Positions 27,316 through 36,560 of a stretch of DNA of 64,000 nt are shown here, piece by piece. Within the stretch, counting starts at the first letter, position 1. Each line of letters starts with the position of its first letter. The notes below the pieces were generated by a model that ran no database searches, had not been told where the DNA came from, and worked only from the letters and a program-made list of their open reading frames with translations. Source of the DNA: an uncultured Candidatus Saccharibacteria bacterium (GTDB lineage: Bacteria > Patescibacteriota > Saccharimonadia > Saccharimonadales > 2-12-FULL-41-12); assembly GCA_964615775.1 (NCBI GenBank), contig CAZTQB010000003.1:39172-103171 (forward strand), in the 5' to 3' direction. The position numbers and the translations under genes are program-made.

Positions 27316-28014
27316 TCAAACAGATAATTGAACTAAAATTGGGGTGTGGTCTGATAGTTTACTCTTGGGCAAAGCCTTTACGCCTTCGACACAGGCGTTC
27401 ATACTAGTGGCCATATCAAACCTAACGCCTAAGTATTTGTTGAAGTAATAAGTTGGTCGATCACTAAGAGTTAGTTGATAGCCACTTTTCTCGATTCGTA
27501 TCTTTAGACCACGTTTAAATAGTAAATAGTTGTAGTCACCAACCATAACCGTCGGACAGCCATCACTATGCTCTAGTAAAACCTGGTGAGCGGTGCTAAT
27601 CTGGCGTTTGCGTACATAGTTTGTGGCTACGTGACTAGTAGCGTGAAAACCGCCAACACAAACTTCTTTTTGGCTCCAGCGATCATAAATTTTAGTTACT
27701 AGCAGTCTTTCCATTTCTGGCATAAATAACCATTCCAAAAAAGCTTTTTTCAGGACGTGTGAAGTGGAATCGGTTAATGTAAAACGATCTTTGCGGTAAT
27801 AAACAGCGATATTAAGTCGCCAATTTGGTGTTTTGTCGCCTAAAATTAGATTGCCAATTTCATCCGGTAAACGATCGCCGCGACATTCCTGTAGGCATAA
27901 AATATCGGCGTTATATGCTTTTGTTAACTTCTCGAGTTCTACGCCAGCTCGATGATAACGCAGATTATAGCTGATAATTTTGATTTTATTTTGGTTTTTC
28001 ATCATTACTATCAC
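27316..28014 (-). CDS. Endonuclease/exonuclease/phosphatase (EEP) family protein
   Basis: ISYNLRY, DILCLQE, GDYN and SDHTPILVQL motifs. Confidence 0.75.
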   Translation of the reverse strand: MIVMMKNQNKIKIISYNLRYHRAGVELEKLTKAYNADILCLQECRGDRLPDEIGNLILGDKTPNWRLNIAVYYRKDRFTLTDSTSHVLKKAFLEWLFMPEMERLLVTKIYDRWSQKEVCVGGFHATSHVATNYVRKRQISTAHQVLLEHSDGCPTVMVGDYNYLLFKRGLKIRIEKSGYQLTLSDRPTYYFNKYLGVRFDMATSMNACVEGVKALPKSKLSDHTPILVQLSV

Positions 28015-28101
28015 TAATTAAATCACAATGAGCTTGAGCTTTGCAACTGATTTAAGGTGTATTTATGGTATAATCTAAAAAAATATAGCAAAGGAGAAAA
28101 A

Positions 28102-28830
28102 ATGTCTGGACACAGTAAATGGGCAAAAATTCATCGCGGCAAAGCAATTGAGGACGCTAAACGAGGGGCGATTTTTACCAAACTAGGTAACGCGATTGCT
28201 GTGGCTGCTAAGTCGGGTGCTGATCCGGATATGAATTTTACTCTGCGTTTAGCTATTGATAAAGCTAAGACTGCTAATATGCCGGCGAAAAATATCCAAA
28301 ATGCTGTCGATAGAGGTAGTGGCAAACTGGGTGGCGATGCTCTGCAAGAAGTCATGTATGAAGGTTATGGACCAGGAGGCACGGCAGTTTTGGTAGAATG
28401 TGCAACCGATAATGTTAACCGAACACTACCACATGTTAAAACAGCTTTTTCTAAGCACGGCGGCAATCTAGCAGAAAAAGGTTCAGTGGCTTTTCAGTTT
28501 GACCGCAAAGGCGTAATAACGGTGAAAGGTGCTGGTGAAGATTTGCTTTTGCAAGTTTTGGAAGCTGGGGCAGAAGATGCTGAAGAAGATTCAGGAGAAG
28601 TGGTTGTCTATACCGACCCAAAAGAGTTCACTGTTGTCAGAGATAAGTTGAAAGATTCGGGGCTAGAATTAACAGATAGCGAACTTAGTTATGTGCCAAA
28701 AAATATGGTTGTAATTGAAGATGAAGCTACGGCTGGTAAGATTGGTCGTATGATGGACGCAATCGAAGAGCTTGATGACGTGGTGAATACACATGTTAAT
28801 TTTGAGTTTGCTGACGAGCTTGAAGTTTAA
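28102..28830 (+). CDS. yebC: YebC/PmpR family DNA-binding regulator
   Basis: MSGHSKWAKIHRGKA N-terminus with RBS AAGGAG at 28091-28096. The track start at 28057 is unlikely. Confidence 0.9.
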   Translation: MSGHSKWAKIHRGKAIEDAKRGAIFTKLGNAIAVAAKSGADPDMNFTLRLAIDKAKTANMPAKNIQNAVDRGSGKLGGDALQEVMYEGYGPGGTAVLVECATDNVNRTLPHVKTAFSKHGGNLAEKGSVAFQFDRKGVITVKGAGEDLLLQVLEAGAEDAEEDSGEVVVYTDPKEFTVVRDKLKDSGLELTDSELSYVPKNMVVIEDEATAGKIGRMMDAIEELDDVVNTHVNFEFADELEV

Positions 28831-28839
28831 CCTGGCACT

Positions 28840-29475
28840 ATGCGACTTTATTTATCATCGCAAAATGTTGGTAATCATGTACATAGACTGGTAGATATGG
28901 TTGGTAAAAATAGAACGGTCGCCTATATCAGTAATGCCAAAGATTATTCAAGTTTGGAGCGAAGATTGAAAATTCCGGTGCATCGAACTGAGTTTGAGTC
29001 TCTAGGTTTTAAGTTTAAGGAGTATGATCTACGCAAGTATATTGGCAAATCAACTGAACTGGAAGCAGAAATTACTAAATTTGGCTTAGTTTTTGCTACC
29101 GGCGGTAACACATTTTTGCTTCGCAGAGCGATGCACGATTCTGGTTTAGACAAAATTATTATTGAGGGTCTTAAAAAAGATAAGTTTGTATACGGTGGCT
29201 CGAGTGCCGGTTCGATAGTGGCCTGTCCTTCACTTAAAGGCGTAGAAACTGGTGATGATCCAGAGGCAGTAGAAAAAATATACCATAAAGAAGTTATTTG
29301 GGAAGGTTTAAATCTGGTTAACTTTTACCTGTCGGTTCACCATGGCTCAGCTTGGTTTGGTCGCGAGGCAGAGGCAATGGTAGATTTTTTTAAGCTTCAC
29401 AATATGCCTTATAAAACCCTAAGTGATGGGCAAGTATTGGTTGTCGACAACGATAAACAGGAAATATTAGTATGA
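28840..29475 (+). CDS. Peptidase S51 (dipeptidase E-like) family protein
   Basis: VFATGGNTFLL and YGGSSAGSIVA (nucleophile Ser context). Its stop overlaps the ruvC start (ATGA). Confidence 0.7.
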   Translation: MRLYLSSQNVGNHVHRLVDMVGKNRTVAYISNAKDYSSLERRLKIPVHRTEFESLGFKFKEYDLRKYIGKSTELEAEITKFGLVFATGGNTFLLRRAMHDSGLDKIIIEGLKKDKFVYGGSSAGSIVACPSLKGVETGDDPEAVEKIYHKEVIWEGLNLVNFYLSVHHGSAWFGREAEAMVDFFKLHNMPYKTLSDGQVLVVDNDKQEILV

Positions 29476-29942
29476 GAATTTTGGGGATAGATCCGGGTAC
29501 TGGTATTTTGGGCTTTGGTGTGATTGAGGCTAGCGGCTCAGGCAAGGTGAAATTGGTTGATGCTGGGGTAATTACGACTCCGGCTAAGCAAGAAGACAGC
29601 TTACGGCTACTAACAATTTATGATGAATTAACAGAAGTAATTAAGCAAAATAAGCCCGATGTCATGGTAGTGGAGAAATTGTTTTTTGCTCAAAATGTAA
29701 CAACTGCAATGAGTGTTAGTCAGGCTAGAGGAGTTGTACTCTTGGCTGGCATAAAAGCTAAGCTTAGTTTGTATGAGTATACTCCTCTACAGATTAAGCA
29801 GGCATTGACAGGCTATGGTCGAGCCGACAAAAAGCAAATCCAAGAAATGGTTCGGGTTATTTTGGGACTAAAAGAAGCTCCTAGGCCAGATGACTGTGCT
29901 GATGCTTTAGCGGCAGCTATTTGCTACACTATGACAAATTAA
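29472..29942 (+). CDS. ruvC: Holliday junction resolvase RuvC
   Basis: MRILGIDPG, VVEKLFF and DDCADALAAAIC motifs. Confidence 0.9.
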   Translation: MRILGIDPGTGILGFGVIEASGSGKVKLVDAGVITTPAKQEDSLRLLTIYDELTEVIKQNKPDVMVVEKLFFAQNVTTAMSVSQARGVVLLAGIKAKLSLYEYTPLQIKQALTGYGRADKKQIQEMVRVILGLKEAPRPDDCADALAAAICYTMTN

Positions 29943-29960
29943 TCATCGCTATCGCCTCAA

Positions 29961-29985
29961 TGCGTCAAGGTCCGACCTTGACGCA
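29961..29985. repeat. Palindromic hairpin (REP-like), left copy
   Basis: TGCGTCAAGGTC-c-GACCTTGACGCA with 12-nt arms. Confidence 0.9.
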
Positions 29986-29993
29986 AAGTGAAC

Positions 29994-30620
29994 TTATTGA
30001 TCAACTGGACTGGCAAGCTCCCATTTTAGCTCATCGATTATATTTTTTTGACCTTGGTAGTCTTCTAGAAATTTCATATATTCTTTAGGTGACTCAAATA
30101 AAGAAAAAATAGTCTGAGTATCTAGCCAATTGCATTTGCGGTTACCAGAATAAAAATCGATACTTGTATGTTTGTTTTGACGCCAATTTTTGGGATTTAG
30201 ATGAATATAGCGTGATATGTGAATATAGTAATCTTCGGAAGTAATAAGAGATCCAAGGTACTTACTGCCAAATAGTGGGCCACGTCGCTGGTATTTTTTA
30301 TTAAAATATATGCTATAGCTTGTCATTATTGATTGCATAAATTTGGCGATACTGTGAGGGTCTTCTGCTTGATAAATAAATAGATGAATATGGTTTGGCA
30401 TTAGGGCATATGATAATAGTTTTAATTCGTCGGAGAAGCTCTTATATTTGTGACGAGTAGAGCTGATGGCTATCTTTTTAGATAAGTATCTTTTAAATAG
30501 TCCAGTAAACATAGCATAATCTGCTTCATCACGAAAGATTAATTGTTTGTTAACACCCCTGTTGTACACATGATAATAACTGAAAGCCGAGTATTGCTTA
30601 ACTACATTTTTTGTTGGCAT
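29994..30620 (-). CDS. IS200-like / REP-associated tyrosine transposase (HUH, Y1 class)
   Basis: HUH motif in LMPNHIHLFIY and catalytic-Tyr motif SRYIHLNP. The start was set at Met13 (30620) because the track's N-terminal 12 aa are the translation of the hairpin. Confidence 0.75.
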   Translation of the reverse strand: MPTKNVVKQYSAFSYYHVYNRGVNKQLIFRDEADYAMFTGLFKRYLSKKIAISSTRHKYKSFSDELKLLSYALMPNHIHLFIYQAEDPHSIAKFMQSIMTSYSIYFNKKYQRRGPLFGSKYLGSLITSEDYYIHISRYIHLNPKNWRQNKHTSIDFYSGNRKCNWLDTQTIFSLFESPKEYMKFLEDYQGQKNIIDELKWELASPVDQ

Positions 30621-30630
30621 ATTTATATTA

Positions 30631-30655
30631 TGCGTCAAGGTCGGACCTTGACGCA
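30631..30655. repeat. Palindromic hairpin (REP-like), right copy
   Basis: TGCGTCAAGGTC-g-GACCTTGACGCA, the exact reverse complement of the left copy. Confidence 0.9.
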
Positions 30656-30678
30656 AGAGGAGTGTGGGATAATGGGGT

Positions 30679-31260
30679 ATGATTAGTTATCTTTTTGGGG
30701 AAGTTGTAGCCAAGGATTTGGATGAGGTGGTGGTTGATGTGGCTGGAGTTGGCTATGGTATTCGGATGAGTTTAGTGGATTATGAAGCAGTAGTTTTGGG
30801 TAGTAAGACCAAGCTTTTTATCTATGAGAATATTAGAGAAGATAGCTATGATCTGTATGGCTTTTTGGATCAAAGTACGATCAAGTTATTTAATCAGCTG
30901 CTGAGTGTAAAAAACGTTGGACCTAAAGTAGCCTTGGCAATCTTAGGGATTGGTCCACAAAGCGTGGTTAAACAAGCGATTGCCAGTGGTGATATCAAAA
31001 GAATTCAAACTGCCAAAGGCGTAGGCAAGCGAGCATCAGAGCAGATAATTGTTGAATTGCGTGACAAAGTCGGACTCATTAGTAGCGACGAAGCTGAAGG
31101 TGTCGTAACTCGTAGCGGGATTGATCTTGACGACGAAGCTGTGCAGGCTTTAATCGCTCTTGGTTACAGCGAATACGATGCTCAAAAGGCTCTAGCAGCC
31201 ACCGACAAGACTGCCGACACCGAAGCTCGTATCAAACAGGCTTTAAAAAATAGATTTTGA
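30679..31260 (+). CDS. ruvA: Holliday junction branch-migration protein RuvA
   Basis: MISYLFGEV..., HhH motifs (LLSVKNVGPKVALAIL, IQTAKGVGKRASEQII) and a C-terminal domain III. Confidence 0.9.
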   Translation: MISYLFGEVVAKDLDEVVVDVAGVGYGIRMSLVDYEAVVLGSKTKLFIYENIREDSYDLYGFLDQSTIKLFNQLLSVKNVGPKVALAILGIGPQSVVKQAIASGDIKRIQTAKGVGKRASEQIIVELRDKVGLISSDEAEGVVTRSGIDLDDEAVQALIALGYSEYDAQKALAATDKTADTEARIKQALKNRF

Positions 31261-31328
31261 AGCTACTTTTTGCGGTAGTTAAGAAAGTTTTAGTTTAAGT
31301 GCGTATGTGGTGTTAACTGAGCTTGTTG

Positions 31329-32051
31329 CTAGCCATTAAAATCAGCCCAAGGATTCAGAGGAGACATCTGTCTGTAAGAGCTGCCAGTGACAACAAGTTC
31401 ACGTAAAGCATTTTGCGTCCTATCGATAGTTCTTGCTGCCTCTGGCTCATTGCCTGTCGTAGCAGAAAGTATAAATTTACCCAACCTCTCGCTATAGTTT
31501 GTGGTAACAAAAATTCTTCCAGTACCTTGATTATGCATTCGAGTTACTAGCTCCGTAAATTCTTTGCCAGCAAGTGCGTATGGTTGATTGAGGTCATCAA
31601 TAATTATATTTTCTGCAGTAGAAGACGTTATGGAACCCATTCTGGTTGTCGGTACGTTAAAATAATCGATTTTGTCATAACTCTTTAGAGTAATAGCTTT
31701 TGCTAGGCCTATCGCTATGTGGCTTTTACCAACTCCGGCTGGCCCCGAGGACCATAATCCCATGAAAATATTGTGGGTTGCTCCTGCAATGAACGAAGCA
31801 GCTCTTAGTAGCCTCTCTTGGCTAGGGTTTTGAGGCTTATAAGTCTCTAGTCTAGAGGCCGTGTTTTCGGGCGGTAGGTTGTGTGCTAGTGCGAAGTTTA
31901 TGTCTTGAGCTAAATAATCTTCAGGGATTATTGCTTTACCAACCAAAAGACCTTCATGCACTGAAAGGCCGGCGTGAACATTGACTAGTGTACTTGAATA
32001 TTTTTCGGGTACGTCTTTTACGTCTAAATTTATTTCATATATATTTGCCAT
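31329..32051 (-). CDS. DnaC/DnaI/IstB-like AAA+ ATPase (possible helicase loader)
   Basis: Walker A GPAGVGKSH, Walker B IIIDDLN and sensor-like FVTTN. The start was set at ATG 32051, because the track start is the TTG of a TTGACA box followed by an (AAT)7 run. Confidence 0.6.
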   Translation of the reverse strand: MANIYEINLDVKDVPEKYSSTLVNVHAGLSVHEGLLVGKAIIPEDYLAQDINFALAHNLPPENTASRLETYKPQNPSQERLLRAASFIAGATHNIFMGLWSSGPAGVGKSHIAIGLAKAITLKSYDKIDYFNVPTTRMGSITSSTAENIIIDDLNQPYALAGKEFTELVTRMHNQGTGRIFVTTNYSERLGKFILSATTGNEPEAARTIDRTQNALRELVVTGSSYRQMSPLNPWADFNG

Positions 32052-32061
32052 TATTGCAACT

Positions 32062-32090
32062 ATATTATTATTATTATTATTATTTGTCAA
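32062..32090 (-). promoter_or_regulatory. Putative promoter whose spacer is the microsatellite
   Basis: Minus-sense TTGACA (32090-32085), a 17-nt spacer made of AAT repeats, then TAATAT (32067-32062). ATG follows 10 nt later. Confidence 0.4.
32064..32084. repeat. Trinucleotide microsatellite (ATT)7 / (AAT)7
   Basis: Seven perfect units, read directly from the sequence. Confidence 0.95.
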
Positions 32091-32180
32091 GTAATCTTTG
32101 AGCTGACATAATATATTTATGAGCTTACCGCACTGTGATCTACGTTTAACACTTCTTAAGCCTCGGAAGGGGCTTTAGTT

Positions 32181-33215
32181 ATGGCGGTTGAGCGAATAGT
32201 TAATAGTGGAACTGATGGGGTAGACGATTCTGAACAACAGGTAGAGAATAATCTGCGTCCCAAGGATTTTGGTAACTATATTGGTCAAGATAGGCTTAAA
32301 AAACATCTAAAAGTTGCAATTGCGGCTGCCAAAAAGCGTGGCGAGCCGATAGACCATGTGCTGCTTTATGGCCCACCAGGTCTTGGCAAGACCACTATGG
32401 CTAGTGTGATTGCTAATGAAATGGGAGCAAATATCAGGATTACCAGTGGTCCGGCTATTGAACGGGCGGGAGATTTGGCTAGCTTGCTAACAAATCTGCA
32501 GGACGGCGATATCTTATTTATCGATGAAATACATCGTCTACATCGTAGCGTAGAGGAGGTTTTGTATTCAGCGATGGAGGACTTTAAACTTGATATTATG
32601 CTGGGTAAGGGTCCGTCAGCTAGGAGTTTGCGACTGGATTTGCCTAAATTTACGATTATTGGAGCGACGACTAAAACTGGTTCGCTTGCCGCTCCGCTGC
32701 GTGATCGTTTTGGTATTCAGCATCGACTAGAATTTTATACTCAAGGTGATATTACTAAAATTATCGAACGGGCTGCTGGGATTTTGGAGGTGAAAATTAA
32801 TTCGCAGGCAGCCGATAAATTAGCACTACGTTCGCGACTGACTCCCAGGATTGCCAATCGACTTCTGAAGCGAGTTAGGGACTATGCCGACGTAAATGGC
32901 GATGGGATTATTGACACTTCAATTACCGAAAGTGCCATGAATATGCTAGAAATTGATGAATTAGGTTTGGATCCGGCCGATAGGCGGGTATTGGACGCAA
33001 TAATTGAGCATTATGCTGGCGGTCCGGTTGGCCTAGATACCGTAGCGGCTATTACTGGAGATGAACGTAGCACAATTGAAGATTTTTTTGAGCCTTATCT
33101 GATGCAAATCGGCATGTTAGAGCGTACCCCCCGCGGTCGTAGAACAACTCTTAAGGCCTACAAACACTTAGGCAGGAAAATGCCTAGTGACGATAATCAG
33201 GCAAAATTGGTATAA
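32181..33215 (+). CDS. ruvB: Holliday junction DNA helicase RuvB
   Basis: [29 protein letters not shown] and the RuvB C-terminal winged helix. Confidence 0.95.
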   Translation: MAVERIVNSGTDGVDDSEQQVENNLRPKDFGNYIGQDRLKKHLKVAIAAAKKRGEPIDHVLLYGPPGLGKTTMASVIANEMGANIRITSGPAIERAGDLASLLTNLQDGDILFIDEIHRLHRSVEEVLYSAMEDFKLDIMLGKGPSARSLRLDLPKFTIIGATTKTGSLAAPLRDRFGIQHRLEFYTQGDITKIIERAAGILEVKINSQAADKLALRSRLTPRIANRLLKRVRDYADVNGDGIIDTSITESAMNMLEIDELGLDPADRRVLDAIIEHYAGGPVGLDTVAAITGDERSTIEDFFEPYLMQIGMLERTPRGRRTTLKAYKHLGRKMPSDDNQAKLV

Positions 33216-33234
33216 TATATTAACTAATTAAGTT

Positions 33235-33870
33235 ATGGTAAATTTAGCAGACAAATTTCAGGACAAAGAAGAAACTGACATTATGCCAGATGCAGTCAGG
33301 CATCGACGGCCAGTTTTTAACCCTATGGGCAGGATTGAGAGTTTGGCGGCCGACGAGACCAAAATTGCCGATATAAGGCGTCACCCATTTGGTTTATTTT
33401 TGATTTATATTCAGGTCATGGTCGGTTTAGCTGTAGCAGCTGTCTTTATTTTTGGTTTTTTGCCTTCACTAACTAGTGGTACAGGTAGCATGGGTAGCCA
33501 GATTACGGGTCTTTTTTTAGGTATTGGCTCAATTGTTGTGGTCATGGCTTTAATCATGCTACTTTTAGTTACAAGGATTTACCAATCTAACCAATTAATT
33601 GTTAGTGATGTTAATGTAACTCAGGTACTACAAACTGGTTTGTTCAGCAGGAAGGTATCAGAGCTTTCTATGAACAATATTGAGGATGTGACCTCAGTAC
33701 AGAAAGGTATTCTGCAAACAATGTTTAACTACGGTACATTAATTATCGAGACGGCTGGTGAGCAAAATAACTTTACGTTTCACTATTGTCCCAACCCTAA
33801 TGCTTACGCCAGAGCAATCTTAGACTCCAGGCAGATGTTTATTAGCAAGAATACAGCTAGTTTCCACTAA
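33235..33870 (+). CDS. Membrane protein with bacterial PH (YdbS/YdbT-like) domain
   Basis: RRHPFGLF followed by two TM helices and the C-terminal pattern GILQTMFNYGTLIIETAGEQNNFTFHYCPNP. Confidence 0.6.
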   Translation: MVNLADKFQDKEETDIMPDAVRHRRPVFNPMGRIESLAADETKIADIRRHPFGLFLIYIQVMVGLAVAAVFIFGFLPSLTSGTGSMGSQITGLFLGIGSIVVVMALIMLLLVTRIYQSNQLIVSDVNVTQVLQTGLFSRKVSELSMNNIEDVTSVQKGILQTMFNYGTLIIETAGEQNNFTFHYCPNPNAYARAILDSRQMFISKNTASFH

Positions 33871-33882
33871 AATTTTTCATTA

Positions 33883-34191
33883 TTATTCGTTGAATGGATT
33901 GGTCCTGGCTTGCTCAAATAGACTTTTGACAGTTACATTTTGATCTTCTAGCGATTTCATAGTATTTACAGCATTTTGGTTGACCTTGAGTTTTGTCAAC
34001 TTTTCATTACCGCCGGATAGTTGGTCGGCAGAAGGTTCCTTTTGTGCAGCCTGGCTGATAGCAAAGACCAAAAATCCATAAACACCAAGTACTAAAATTA
34101 TAAAAATAACTATAAAATAGCGGTGAACTTTATTTTCGATAGCAATTAGTTTAGCGAGTAAGATTTTGGGGTTGAGATTTATATCTTTCAT
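33883..34191 (-). CDS. Small single-TM protein, last gene of the pilus operon
   Basis: Overlaps the pilO-like stop by 4 nt. One TM helix and no motif. Confidence 0.45.
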   Translation of the reverse strand: MKDINLNPKILLAKLIAIENKVHRYFIVIFIILVLGVYGFLVFAISQAAQKEPSADQLSGGNEKLTKLKVNQNAVNTMKSLEDQNVTVKSLFEQARTNPFNE

Positions 34192-34820
34192 GGTTTTACG
34201 TATGCGTTTAATTTTAATGAAAAACTGAGCTTATCGGACTTTTTATCTGGTTTTATGGATATGTTAGTTACATGAGCAGTGCGACGATTATTTTCAATTT
34301 TTTCTAGAAATTGGATAAGTGAATCGTAGGCGATTGGATTAGTTTCGTCACTAGCAACATTGATAGGCAGGGCATAGACATTTTTCATGCCATCAACTTT
34401 TTGTAACTGGCTGATTGTTGGAGCTGTAGTGGTTGGAGCGGGTGAGCTAGTAGTGCCAGATGGGGTAGTATTTTTTTGACCCAAGTTAGAAGTGTCGAAA
34501 GAGATTGTCTTGATAGTTATGCCTTTCTCGTTAGCAATTTTATTGATTTCGCGGATAGTTTTTGCCTGATCTTTATCTTGAGGTACGATTGACTGAGCAA
34601 TCATGTTTAGCTCACTGTAATTTTGTAGATCTTTTTTGGCAGTAATGAGTGATATTTGTTGGTCGGAGGCGGTTTTTGCCTGAGCTTTAGCCGACGTTAG
34701 TTTGACGGTCTGTTTATTGATTATATTATAGCCAAAATATGCAACAGCGACGATCAACATCGCCAATAGAATATTAGTACCAATCATAATATAGTGAAAT
34801 TTTTTAGGATTTAATTTCAT
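34188..34820 (-). CDS. pilO: PilO-like pilus assembly protein
   Basis: N-terminal TM plus coiled-coil, and position after pilM-pilN. Sequence similarity was not verifiable. Confidence 0.5.
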   Translation of the reverse strand: MKLNPKKFHYIMIGTNILLAMLIVAVAYFGYNIINKQTVKLTSAKAQAKTASDQQISLITAKKDLQNYSELNMIAQSIVPQDKDQAKTIREINKIANEKGITIKTISFDTSNLGQKNTTPSGTTSSPAPTTTAPTISQLQKVDGMKNVYALPINVASDETNPIAYDSLIQFLEKIENNRRTAHVTNISIKPDKKSDKLSFSLKLNAYVKP

Positions 34821-35434
34821 TGCTTTACCTCTGCTTTTTTGGTTGGATCAATAAATAAGAAAGGATTCTTTTTGTTAAATAGTGCTTTAATCTGTACTGT
34901 GCAAGGATATTTACTAATAGTTTCTGAAGTGTCAGTAGCTGTTGTACAGTTGATGTTTTCAATGTCGGCTTTCTCAAATATTTGGTTTTTAGGATCTTGC
35001 AAGTTTACTTGCACTTGTGAGCCAGCGTTAAAGTTTTTGGCTCCGGCCGACAAACTTACACTACCCTGCAGATCGCTGATTTGCAGGCTTAGCAAAACGC
35101 TATTCTCTGGTAGAGCTGCTCCGAGTTGTGTCAATAATTTAGAAAACAACACTTCTTTAGATAAAACGTCGCTAGCTAGCTTAATGTTGCTAGAGTAATC
35201 TTCAATTTGTTTTTGAGTTTCAGATATTTGTTGCTTTTCTAGTTCGGACTGTTTAAGTAAAGCTTCTTTTTGAAATTTATTGGTGGTGGAGATAAGCAAC
35301 AGCATACCAACGGCAATAATCAAGCAAGCTCCAACTAGTGATGCCGCTAGAGCAAAGGTCCAGTGAAGTAACGTGTTGTTTTTACGAGCAAAAGTTATGT
35401 CTTGTTTGGTTGAGGAAGGGATCAGATTAATCAT
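34817..35434 (-). CDS. pilN: PilN-like pilus assembly protein
   Basis: MINLIPS N-terminus, a single TM and coiled-coil. It is translationally coupled to pilM. Confidence 0.6.
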   Translation of the reverse strand: MINLIPSSTKQDITFARKNNTLLHWTFALAASLVGACLIIAVGMLLLISTTNKFQKEALLKQSELEKQQISETQKQIEDYSSNIKLASDVLSKEVLFSKLLTQLGAALPENSVLLSLQISDLQGSVSLSAGAKNFNAGSQVQVNLQDPKNQIFEKADIENINCTTATDTSETISKYPCTVQIKALFNKKNPFLFIDPTKKAEVKQ

Positions 35435-36507
35435 GAAAATAGCTCCTTTGGCTCAATTAATGATAAACCAGCAGCTGTAACGTAAATTGATCGTTCCAAG
35501 GGGCTAGGAACTCTTAATTTATGAAGACTAAGATTTTGGAATGGCTCGCAGGTTCTGACAGGTAAACGTAGCGAACTAGTCAGGTATTCTGATAATCCTG
35601 GCATGTTTGCACCACCGCCCATTGATACTATTTGCCCAATTTTGTCGGTAGTGCCAGACCTCTCCTCGTAGTATCTAACCATACGTTGGATTTCTTTGAC
35701 CATTTGGTCAAGTGTTGGTTTTAGTACTTCAATTATTTCGTTTTGCTTTTTGCTCTTCCCGATACCGTATTTGGTCTTCACAATGTGAGCTTCTTGGTCG
35801 TTGATATTTAAGGTTTTGGCGATTGTATCGGTGAACATGTCGCCGCCTTTAGACATGGTACTAGTTAGTATCACGGTTTTGTCATGTACGGTGATATCGG
35901 TAGAAATTGAGCCAAAATCAATCAAAATAGCTGGAATATTGCTGTGTTGATCTTGTTTTTGGAATAAACGAGCCGCTGATAAAATACTAGTGTCAAAGCC
36001 AACTGGCTCAAGCCCGATTATTTTGGCAAAATTACTATAACTATCGACTATTTTCTTAGGGGCTCCTACAGCTAGAACTTCAATACCCTGGTCGTTACGG
36101 CTAATAATTGTGTAATCAACATATAAATCTTCGATTGGGATTGGAATATACTGCTCGGCTTCGGTCTGCACGGCATCATCGATCTCTTTGTCTTTTAAAA
36201 CCGGTAAAACGATGGTTCGAGCATAAGTCTTGGCGGCTGGGATAGACATAGCTACACGATGAGAGGTAACTTTGCCAATGATGTGATTGTCAAATAAATT
36301 ATTGGCAGCCTTGGCTAGGGCTTCATAGTCTTTAACAACCCCATCGACGATCGCTTCGGCTGGAAAACCGCTAATACCATAGCCAACTACGCTAAATTTG
36401 TCACGAGTAAACTCCGACTGCATAACTTTTAGTGTGTTATGGCCGATATCAAGTCCGAAAATTGGCTTGTCTTTATAAAAATTGACTGAATTTTGCATTG
36501 ATTCCAC
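35431..36507 (-). CDS. pilM: Type IV pilus assembly ATPase-fold protein PilM
   Basis: Actin-like fold motifs (FGLDIGHNTLKV, IDFGSISTD, SMGGGANMPGL). Confidence 0.8.
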   Translation of the reverse strand: MESMQNSVNFYKDKPIFGLDIGHNTLKVMQSEFTRDKFSVVGYGISGFPAEAIVDGVVKDYEALAKAANNLFDNHIIGKVTSHRVAMSIPAAKTYARTIVLPVLKDKEIDDAVQTEAEQYIPIPIEDLYVDYTIISRNDQGIEVLAVGAPKKIVDSYSNFAKIIGLEPVGFDTSILSAARLFQKQDQHSNIPAILIDFGSISTDITVHDKTVILTSTMSKGGDMFTDTIAKTLNINDQEAHIVKTKYGIGKSKKQNEIIEVLKPTLDQMVKEIQRMVRYYEERSGTTDKIGQIVSMGGGANMPGLSEYLTSSLRLPVRTCEPFQNLSLHKLRVPSPLERSIYVTAAGLSLIEPKELFS

Positions 36508-36560
36508 CGATAATGTTTATGTTTATTATATATTATTTTGCGGTGATTATATACAGCTAA

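Larger units (their letters stand above)
29961..30655 (-). mobile_element. IS200/RAYT-type element: HUH-Y1 transposase gene bracketed by copies of a 25-nt palindrome
   Basis: A 695-bp unit sits between the ruvC stop and the ruvA start. It is bounded by the hairpins at 29961-29985 and 30631-30655. Confidence 0.7.

Noticed and set aside
32052-32090. A poly-Asn N-terminus (MTNNNNNNNIVAI) on the DnaC-like ATPase.
   Set aside because: The supposed TTG start is the first half of a perfect TTGACA box, and the Asn run is an AAT microsatellite at promoter-spacer distance from a TAATAT box. It is more likely a promoter than coding sequence, although this is not proven.
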